Positions 48,794 to 59,061 of a DNA stretch of 64,000 nucleotides are shown in pieces; positions within the stretch are counted from its first letter, which is position 1, and the number at the start of each line of letters is the position of its first letter. Under the pieces are notes generated by a model. The model had not been told where the DNA came from and searched no databases. It was given only the letters and a program-made list of their open reading frames with translations. Source of the DNA: Squalus acanthias (taxonomy: Eukaryota); NCBI GenBank assembly GCA_030390025.1, contig CM059431.1, positions 117,120,001 to 117,184,000 of the forward strand, given 5' to 3'. The position numbers and the translations under genes are program-made.

Positions 48794-51700
48794 GGGGGGA
48801 TTTTTTCGGGGGGTCAGCGGGCGCGTTTGGTGGCGGGTGGGGGTGGGAAAACAATTTATTTTACAGCGGGCCAAGTACCCGTTGTCAAGCCGCTGCCATG
48901 CGACTTTCCCAGATGTCGGGTCTGTCAACGTTGAACAGACCTGACACACAGCGGCAGGGGAGGCAATTGTTAAGAGCCACTTAAAAAGTATTTTGAGCTC
49001 ACCTTTAAATTTTACGAAGTCGCCCATGGGGTCCATGCTGCTCGGGGATCATGTCAGGTAAGGAGGTCAGGAGTTGTGTTAACATCTCTTTACTTGACAG
49101 CTGCAAATGAGTTATAAAAGCTCCCATCTCAGAGCTGTTCACTTTCCAAGCTCAGAAGCTGTTGCTTACCGCATTTAGAAACATAGAAACATAGAAACAT
49201 AGAAAATAGGTACAGGAGTAGACCATTCAGTCCTTCGAGCCTGCACCGCCATTCAATGCGTTCATGGCTGAACATGCTACCTCAGTACCCCATTCCTGCT
49301 TTCTCGCCATACCCCTTGATCCCCCTAGTTGTGAGTGTTATATCTAACTCCCTTTTGAATATATTTAGCGAACTGGCCTCAACAACCTTCTGTGGAAGAG
49401 AATTCCATAGATTCACCACTCTCTGGGTGAAGAAGTTCCTCCTCAGCTCAGTCCTAAATGGCTTCCCCTTAATCCTTAGACTGTGACCCCTGGTTCTAGT
49501 TTTCCCTACCATTGGGAACATTCTGCCCGCATCTAATTTGTCTAAACCAGTCAGGATTTTAAATGTCTCTATAAGATCCCCCCTCATTCTTCTGAACTCC
49601 AGAGGATACAAGTTCAGTTGACCCAATCTTTCTTGATATGTCAGTCCGGCCATCCCAGGAATCAATCTAGTGAACCTTCGCTGCACTCCCTCAATAGCAA
49701 GAATGTCCTTCCTTAAGTTAGGAGACCAAAACTGCGCACAATACTCCAGGTGTGGCCTCACCAAGGCCCTGTACAACTGCAGCATCACCTCCCTACTCCT
49801 GTACTCAAATCCCCTTACTATGAAGGCCATCATTCCGTTTGCTTTCTTGACTGCCTGCTGCACTTGCATTCCCACCTTCAATGACTGATGTACCATGATG
49901 CCCAGGTCTCGTTGCACCTCCCCTTTCCCTAATCTGCCACCATTCAGGTAATAGTCCGCCTCTCTATTTTTACCACCAAAGTGGATAACCTCACATTTAT
50001 CCACATTGTACTTCATCTGCCATACATTTGCCCATTCACCCAACCTGTCCAAGTCACTCTGTAGCCTCCTAGCATCCTCCTCATTGTTCACACTGCCTCC
50101 CAATTTAGTGTCATCCGCAAATTTGGAGATATTACATTTAATCCCTTCGTCCAAATCATTAATATATAATGTAAACAGCTGGGGCCCCAGCACCGAACCC
50201 TGCGGTACCCCGCTGGTCACTGCCTGCCATTCTGAAAAGTACCCATTTACTCCAACTCTTTGTTTCCTGTGTGCCAACCAGTTCTCAATCCACGTCAACA
50301 CATTACCCCCAATCCCATGTGCTTTAACTTTGCTCACCAATCTCTTGTGTGGAACCTTGTCGAAGGCCTTCTGAAAGTCCAAATACACCACATCTACTGG
50401 TTCCCCCCTGTCCACCCTATTGGAAACATCCTCAAAAAATTCCAGAAGATTTGTCAATCATGATTTCCCTTTCACAAATCCATGCTGACTTGGACCTATC
50501 ATGTCGCCACTTTCCAAATGGTCTGTTATGACATCTTTAATAATTGCTTCCATCATTTTACCCACAACCGATGTCAGGCTGACCGGTCTATAATTCCCTG
50601 CTTTCTCCCTCCCTCCTTTTTTAAAAAGAGGGGTTACATTGGCCACCCTCCACTCCATCGGAACTGATCCAGAGTCTAAGGAATGTTGGAAAATGATCGT
50701 CAATGCATCCACTATTTCCAAGGCCACCTCCTTAAGTACTCTGGGATGCAGACCATCAGGCCCCGGGGATTTTTCAGCCTTCAGTCCCATCAATTTTCCC
50801 AATACCTTTTCCCGACTAATAAGGATTTCCCTCAGCTCCTCCCTCTTACCAGATCCTCTGACCCCTTTTATTTCCGGCAGGTTGTGTGTGTCCTCCACAG
50901 TAAACACCGAACCAAAGTACTTGTTCAATTGATCTGCCCATTCCTTGTTCCCCATTACGACTTCCCCTGTTTCCGACTGCAGGGGACCTACGTTTGTTTT
51001 TACTAACCTCTTTCTTTTTACATATTTATAGAAGCTTTTGCTGTCCATTTTAATGTTCTCTGCAAGCTTCCTTTCATATTTTATTTTCCCTGCCCTAATC
51101 AAACCCTTCGTCCTCCTCTGCTGAGTTTTGAAGTTCTCCCAGTCCCCGGGTTTGCTGCTACTTCTGGCCAATTTGTATGCAACTTCCTTGGTTTTAATAC
51201 TATCCCTGATTTCCCTTGTTAGCCATGGTTGAGCCACCTTCCCTTTTTTATTTTTTAGCCAGACCGTGATGTACAATTGTTGTAGTTCATCCATGCGATC
51301 TCTAAATGTCTGCCATTGCCCTTCCACTGATAGCCCCTTAAATATCGCTTGCCAATTTAACCTCGCCAATTCACGCCTCATACCCTCAAAGTTGCCCTTA
51401 TTTAAGTTCTGGACCATGGTCTCTGACTTAACTGTTTCCTTCTCCATCCTAATGTAGAACTCCACCATACTATGGTCACTCTTCCCCAGGGGGCCTCGTA
51501 CCACAAGATTGCTGATTAGTCCTTCCTCATTACACAACACCCAGTCCAGGATGGCCTCCCCTCGAGTTGGTTCCTCAACATATTGGTTTAGGAAACCATC
51601 CCTTAAACACTCCAGGAAATCCTCCTCCACCGTATTGCTTCCAGTTTGAGTAGCCCAATCTATATGCATATTAAAGTCACCCATGATAACTGCCTTGCCT

Positions 51701-52300
51701 TTTTTGCACGCACCTCTGATTTCCTGTTTCATACCCTCCCCCACCTCACTACTGCTGTTTGGAGGTCTGTACACAACTCCCACTAACGTTTTCAGCCCTT
51801 TGGTGTTCTGCAGCTCAACCCATATTGATTCCACATCCTCCAAGCTGATGTCCTTCCTAGCTATTGCATTAATCTCCTCTTTAACCAGCAATGCTACCCC
51901 ACCCCCTTTTCCTTTTATTCTATCCTTTCTGAATGTTGAATACCCCTGGATGTTCAGTTCCCAGCCTTGATTGTTCTGGAGCCACGTCTCTGTAATCCCA
52001 ATCACATCGTATCCGTTAACATCTATTTGCACAGTCAATTCATCCACCTTATTACGGATACTCCTTGCATTAAGACACAGAGCCTTTAGGCTTGTTTTAT
52101 TAACATCCTTTGTCCTTTTAGACTTATGATTTAGTATGGCCCTTTGTGTTTCTTGAAAGACAGATTGAGCTTTATGCAGGTTGCAAGTGTTTGGAGTAAA
52201 TTCTGTATCCAGTGTCACCTCATTGGAACAACCTCTCTCACCATTGAAAGATCGCTTCTGTCATCTCAAGGTCACCTGCCATCTATTACATCAGTCCGAG
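48794..52300. mobile_element. Partial Harbinger-type element related to 59677-61433, split by a CR1
   Basis: 49050-49175 plus 52156-52290 are collinear with 59940-60215. The right end was not found. Confidence 0.65.
49176..52154 (-). mobile_element. Young CR1 ORF2 (APE+RT) with a single in-frame stop
   Basis: ORFs 50458..52218 and 49282..50457 are in frame, with TGA at the GKS(C)LTN position. (TTTCTATG)n tail. Confidence 0.95.
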
Positions 52301-53772
52301 CAGCATAGCGTGTTCACAGTACGAGGACATTTTTTTCAAACTGCTGCTTGATATTTTAGATCCTCAGCCCCAAGTGAGATCAGCTCCTAATTCTCAAAGA
52401 TTACGGCAAATTTTGCACGGGTCTGCTCCCAGATTAACTAACACAAGATTAATTTTGCTGACCCGAAATTATAGAGCGCTGACATCCATATCTAATTCTC
52501 TCATCTGCTTGCCCGTCGAGGAAGCCATGATTTTCGCTGCTGTTTTCCACCGACATTTTGTTCCCCTATCTAGTAGTAGAAACACCTTGTGTTGTTGAGT
52601 TCTGCTTCAGCGAGTACTCTCCAGATATGTGGAACTTTCCATCCAGTCCACTCTGCCTTACCACCTCTCCTCCTGTTGCTTTCAAAACCTTTCTCTTCCA
52701 CCGTGGCTTTAATTCCCCACACCAGCTTCTCACTTTCCCTCCGCTTTCCCCATGCAGGGTGTCCAGCAATATCCCTTTCCTCCTTAGCCCAAAGGGGCTC
52801 TGAGACATCTCCGTGCAAATGAGGAGCACTGTGTCAAGGCATGGCTGTTCTAATTTGATTGGGTGTGTGGTACATTTCAGCAGCCATTCAGGAAAATACA
52901 GCTGCCATCCACCAGATTAAATGGCTGAATTATCGCCGCAAACTACATTTGCTGCCTGCCACTGAACATCATCCAGCCGTGATATTTCTAAACTGTTACC
53001 GACACTACTAACAAGTAGGAAAGAGTAATTGAGACAGCTGGTGACTTGTCTCATCAATCAACACCTTGTGTGGGTAAATGTTGTTAAGTGTAGTCTACCT
53101 GGCTGCTCCATTCATCTTGCTAATCACCATTTTGTTCTTATCACTAACATAAAAAAAACTCCTTCCAGAACAAAGACTGCGGCACATTTAAAAAATGTTT
53201 TTACATCTTCAGCCTGAGTTTAAATTATTTACAAAATTGTAATTTGCTACACCACTTCAATACAAATGACTATATTGTGGCCATTTTCAGCAACGACACC
53301 AACTATTGCAGTCAAAGTGGTGGGAATTTAGCTGTGGGATGGAATACTTTTAATATAAAGTACTTCTTCAGCTGAATAAATGGTGGGAGGGTGAAATAAT
53401 CATTGTTAAAACTTGTATCTGAATGGAGATATTCCAGTTTTCTAAAATCTTATTCCCCCCACTGACATCTTGTGATATCAAACAAGCTTTTTGGAAAAAC
53501 TAAACCCAAATTTTACTCTTCTCTATCATTACCACAAGACACGGGCTGAGGCTGTTGATGATGATCATGGGAATGCTTTGTGTTTTGGAAGGGGGTAGAA
53601 GACACTTAATACAACCTTATTATATTGTATATTATTACTGATGTGCTTTCATGCACTGCTCAGGGGACCAAAAATCATACATTTGGAATCTGATGGTCAG
53701 GTCTTTCTCCTCCCTGTCCTATCCACCCCCATCTCCAATACTCATTGTGTCAGCTGTGGCTCAGTGGGTAGC

Positions 53773-55801
53773 GCTCACTCGGTGGGAGGGGCTAGGGGTG
53801 AGCAGGTGCTGCTCGGTGCTATTTACTGCAGGGTGTTGGAGTGAGTTTGTAAAAAGTTAGTGGTGTTTTTTTTCAGGTTTTAGGGCCTTTTTGGTCCTTA
53901 AACAACTGCCAGATGGCTGCTGAGGGACTCGGAGTGCCAGGCCACTGAGGACAATGTTCCCAGGATGAATTTAATCAGGGGAGAAAATGTTGGGAGAAGG
54001 GAGAAAAAAAGACCCAAAGATTTGATCCCGGATCACAGGAGGGTTGGAAAAGGAAACACGGTGGTGGTTCAGTGCGAGGATAAGGAGATACGAGCTTGGG
54101 ATATTATCCAGGCGGTACATGAGGACTGCGGCGAGGGAAGCTGCTTTTCCTGCCTGCCAAAGCCGAATGTTGGGTTCGAGGTGATGGTCAGTGGCTGAGA
54201 GGAGGTGGAAAGACTTTACTGAGTTTGAAGGTTGGAGATAAGTTCTTGGAGGTATCTCTGCTATATTCTGAAGAGGTGGTGGTCTCATTCTTAAACCTGC
54301 CGGTTTATATTGAGGATGATATGCTAATAAAAAAGTTGGAGTCATGGGACATTAAAATTTGTTCGACAATAAAGAGGACACAATATTCAGGAACGCGGGT
54401 AGCAGATGGAACGCTTTATGTAAAGGTGGTTCCCAGAGGGGTGAAGTCATTGTCGTATAGCATGAAATTTGAGACAATGGAAGGAGTGCAGTACTTCCGG
54501 GTACTGCATGATAACCAGGTGAAGGTTTGTTGTTATTGTCTTGGACACTACCATCTTGTAAGAAGCTGTCCAGAATTGTACTGTTATAACTGTGGCATGT
54601 CTGGACACATCGCTCGGAGCTGCATGGTGGAGAGCTGTGGGGTGTGTCACAAAGGCCCTACCCACTGTGAGTGTGAGGCAGAAGGAAGCCCCTTGAGTGA
54701 CGAGGGGATGGGAGAAGGAACAGGAGGTGTGAGTAGAGTGGCTGGAGGAGCGGAGCAGGCGGAGGACACAGCTAGTGAATGAAAAGAGCACAGGAAGAGG
54801 CAGAAAATTGTGGAGCAGAGCAGAGAACAGGGTGGAGATGGTGGAAAACTCACCAAGTACTGTGGAAACGGTCAAAGACCGTAGCGGGCAGTACGGGTCG
54901 AGGGCAGAGTCGAGCCATAATAAGGCTCGGTTCTCCCTAAAGAATCTGGTGTCCACGTGGGAAGAGGAGGCGGGAGTGGGGTGCAGGGTAAGTGTAAGTA
55001 TCCAAAGAAAGATGGGGAGTTGGACATCTCAGGGAGCAGGAGGGGGCAAGACAAGTAGAGGGTGCAAGAGGCAGGAGCCTTAAACGGCTAGCAGGACGGG
55101 AGCGGGGAGACAAAGATGCCAGAAGGGAGCAAGATAGGTGCAGATGCGCCATTGTCCCAGAGAGAGAAAAAACGGGGAGCAAGGGTCAGCGGTGGAGATC
55201 AGGCCAAAGGGAGTGGCACTGTTGGAGAAACCGTGATAGCAGGAAGACTCTCTAAGGGAGATTATGTATCTGACGGGAGCAGGGACGGGAGGTTACAGAA
55301 GAGCTCGAGAGTGAGGAGTCAGAGAGGGACAGAGACATGGAAGTAGGGGATGGATTGGCATCGTGTGAAAAGGGAAAGGTTAGTGAGGGGCAGAAGGAGG
55401 GAGAAGGGGCAGCTCCTTGGCCCAAACCTAATGTAAGGAAAGGCTGAAACTGCAGGGAGTGTTCAAACAGGAGGTGAAAAAGAGCCGGAGGCTGCAGGAG
55501 AAAGCAACAGCTGTCCGAAAAGTTGGGAAGGAGCATGAGAGGAGGGAAGGACCGGAGATTAAATGATGGGGGATTATCAGGCACACTTCCCTTATTCGGA
55601 ACCATGATTACGGGTCAATTTTTAAAGTACAATAGATTAGTATATGTTATGGGAGACAAATTAAACTTCATGTCTTGATGTTAGTATGTGGTGGAGGAAT
55701 GGCTGTGCAGAGCGGCGGAATGGATTTGTATGATACAATGGAATGATCACAATGTTGTAAATGTGTTTAATGTTCAATAAATAATATATATAAAAAAAAG
55801 A
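53773..55801 (+). mobile_element. Tx1/L1-clade non-LTR element with ORF1 only, polyadenylated
   Basis: TSD GGGTAGC, AATAAA plus A-tail at 55776-55801, and no EN or RT coding. Confidence 0.8.
53913..55565 (+). pseudogene. Gag-like ORF1 with CCHC zinc knuckles (Tx1/ZCCHC3-like), frameshifted
   Basis: VSFLNLPVYIEDD..DGTLYVKV..FRVLHDNQVKVCCYCLGHYHLVRSCP..CYNCGMSGHIARSC. Outer limits are approximate. Confidence 0.8.
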
Positions 55802-57271
55802 GGGTAGCACGCTCGCCTCTGAATCAGAAGATTGTGTGTTCAAGTCCCACTCCAGGGACTTGAGCACATAAATCTAGGCTGACACTCCAGTGCAGTACTG
55901 AGGGAGTGCTGCACTGTCAGAGGTGCCGTCTTTCGGATGAGACGTTAAACTGAGGCCCCGTCTGCTCTCTCAGGTGAACGTAAAAGATCCTATGGCACTA
56001 TTTTGAAGAAGAGCAGGGCAGTTATCCCCAGTGTCCTGGCCAATATTTATCCCTCAATCAACATAACAAACACAGATTATCTGATCATTATCACATTGCT
56101 CTTTGTGGGAGCTTGCTGTGAGCAGATTGGCTGCTGCGTTTCCCACATTACAACAGTGACTACACTCCAAAAGTACTTAATTGGCTGTAAAGCGCTTTGA
56201 GACATCTGGTGGTCGTGAAAGGCGCTAAATAAATGCAAGTCTTTCTTTATTATCTATGCTGAGGCAGGAATGTTCCCCTTCTGACTGTTTGGACTGCCTG
56301 GAACCATATTTAAACTTCATGAACGTTACTGGAAAGAAATAAATTGCCATTCATAACTGTTACCTTTGTTCATGTTACCCAAAGACAATCAATTGGAAAA
56401 TCTGCTCCTGAATGTCAGTCCGGCATCAGTTGTAGTCCAGAGATTCTTATGGTCAGTCTAGGGCTGGAGCTGTAGCGCTTTGCAAAGTATTTGATCATCT
56501 ATGCCTTATAAACCTTCAATCAGGTATTTACTCCATTACTTTTTAAAAGGCATCAATCAACAGTGTTAAGTGGAATAAAATCTTCAAAGTTATCTACAAT
56601 TCTGGGGGGGGAAATGCTAATCACTTGTCTTGTTTGAGGCTTGCCAATTTTATATTCACGTCCTCAAATCCAGCGATAACATTTTAAGTAAAATCTGCTT
56701 AGTGATATTATCCACGCTTTCAAAAAATTAAAGAGCCAAATCCTTTCTCTTCTCAATTCTTCAAGTAGTTTGGGTTCAATTCTCTCAGCTTTTCTTTTAT
56801 CATGAATTAGCAATTTTAAGTCTTATCTACTGTGCCAGTCTTCTGTGAACCCTTTCCGGCACATCAATGAAGATTAACTCCACATGCTTTCACACAATAT
56901 TTTAAAGGTGGCTTTATGACTGAATTGTTAAGTGTTAGAATAAACTACTTTTATTTGTAATTCATTTCTTAAGATTGATCTTCAACGACTTCCATGAAGA
57001 AGGATTCAGATAAGTCATAGCTCTCGATTGGATTGTGAGAGATCTGAAGGGTCTGTGTCTTTAATAAATGACAAAATATTTCAATTCCCCATTGAAGGGC
57101 AAGGAGGAGTTTGAGATTTTGTGATGCAACCTGTGATGCATAGCAAGAGTTCTGTAGGTTGAGTAGTGTGGCTAGAGAGGCTCAAATATTGAAATGAGGC
57201 CCATCAGTTAAAAGCAGCTGGGCCTCGCTCCATTCCCCTCTTCTGAGTGTGCCACCCTTTTCAGACTCCCC

Positions 57272-58486
57272 TGAAAGGATATTTACTAGTCCTAGCCCCT
57301 TTGAGGCTATCCTGGATCAGGCGTATTTCTCAGATGTTCACCTTCAACTAAAGGTTGAGGTAGCCGAATCCTAAAGACGCTTAACTGGGTCTAAAGGTCC
57401 GGGCTATCTCTCCCTAAAGGAAAGGAACAACCCGAGAATATTACCTACCATCCTCCAGATAGCACTTTTAATAAGTTTAGCTAGACAGTAAAGTCCCGGA
57501 TATTATGAAGGTCTGGAGACTTCCTTCAGAAATTGTAACTCTTCACCAAAGAGTGTACAAAGATTGGGTTTGCGAGTTATTGATACAGAAGACTTATATG
57601 AGACAATTCTTAAAATATACAGAGATTTATTTAAAAAAACCGAAATGCAATTTACAGTTGGTGAATCAGTCAATCGCAACGCTAACAGTTTTAAAAAGAG
57701 AAAAAATACAATCTTATTCTTAACAGAGAATCCTACTTATAAATCTTAACTATGCCACAGTATTACCGTTCTTAAACTTGTCTATTACAGGATATCCATC
57801 AATTATCAAGGTAGCAGTTATCTTCAATCCCCGAGGTACAAAAGAGTGAAGAACTACAGAGCCGCCCCTGTAGTCGAGAATCGCTTTGCCCGATTAAAGC
57901 GAGTCTGATTATCTCATTCGAGACTCCAATATTTATACCCCTTTTTCAGTTGTTTTTCATAAGGTTTCTGTTAATCCAAGTTAATTATCACTAATCATCT
58001 TTTAGCTGACCTACTGAAACTCTTACTGCCACATCATCAATAGCTATTGGGAGTTTACCATATGTGGGCAAAGGGCAGATGTACCTTGCATCATGTCATT
58101 CTCAAGAGGTTTTAATCAAGATCATTCATCCAGGGCTGACCATTGTCTTATTTTAATAAGGTTACCCATTCGGGGCCACCCATTCTTCTGTTTCAATAAG
58201 GTTACTTATTCAGGGTCAATAACTTGTCCTATTTCAATAGCCAGAATTCTTTCATAGCCATTTCATAGTTAGGTTTCTAAATTTCCAAACCCAGTTTGTC
58301 ATGTTCCAAAGAATTTATAAGGTAGAGTTCCTTATAAGGTACTCTTCAGGGTTAACCACTGTCTTATCTCAATGAGGCCAGAATTATTTCAGAAGGTAGG
58401 ATTTCCAAATCCAGCTTGCCATGCCTTCCTTTAAAAAAGTTATACAGTATATTTTTCTAAAAAGGTTATATAGTAGAATTCCTTCA
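57272..58486 (-). mobile_element. Solo LTR related to 22948-25152
   Basis: TGAA...TTCA ends and flanks CCCC/CACC. Minus-strand TATA near 57935 and AATAAA near 57628. Confidence 0.75.
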
Positions 58487-58489
58487 CAC

Positions 58490-58710
58490 CCCCAAGTGCC
58501 AATCCTGCCCTGATTTAAAACAGAACCCTATATGTTGTGGATTTAGTTCCCTGTGATCTAGATTTAACTTAATAGCGACATCTTCATATAAATTACCCCA
58601 AATTTCTTCGAGCTTGAATAATGAAAAATCCTGAAATGTGACAGCCATATCAGCAGACAAACAATTATTTGAAATTCCTCTCTCTGCTATTTTGGTACCT
58701 GAGTCTAATC
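58490..58710 (-). other. Candidate coding exon (221 nt, phase 1-0)
   Basis: TTCTTTTGTCTGCTATTTGCACTCAG| followed by 73 open codons ending QDWHLG|GT. Confidence 0.35.
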
Positions 58711-59061
58711 CTGAGTGCAAATAGCAGACAAAAGAATGTTCCTAGGAAGACGCTAAACCTTCATCTGCTAATATCAAGAGTAATTTGTGGCTTACACTCT
58801 TCCAAAAAAATTAGAAATATCCAGATGATTATTTTTACACAGAGTATCCAGAAAGAGTTTTTTTTAATTCATTCTCCAGATGTCGGCATCACTAACATTT
58901 ATTACCCATCCCTAGTTGCCCTGAGAAGGTGATGGTGGACTGCCTTCTGGAAGAATTAGCACTTTGATACAGCTGAGTGGCTTACTACACCACTTCAAAG
59001 GGCAGTTAAGACTTAACTTCATTGGTGTGGGACTGGAGTCACATTAAGGCAAGCAAATTTC

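Larger units (their letters stand above)
53745..56248 (+). mobile_element. tRNA-derived Deu-domain SINE (SacSINE1-like) split in its A-box
   Basis: A-box TGGCTCAGTGG (53757), B-box GTTCAAGTCC (55837), Deu core GATCC.ATGGCACTATTT.GAAGAAGAGCAGG and an L2-type tail. Confidence 0.88.

Noticed and set aside
52155..52218. N-terminus of the 586-aa ORF
   Set aside because: It is read-through from flanking Harbinger DNA rather than a real CR1 start.
53745..55850. tRNA gene
   Set aside because: The A and B boxes belong to a SINE head, are split by an insertion and continue into the Deu body.
56400..57060. Coding-like minus-strand text here and near 53200-53370 and 63540-63960
   Set aside because: The frames I read have multiple stops and no recognisable motif. 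It may be pseudogene debris, but a blastx search would be needed.
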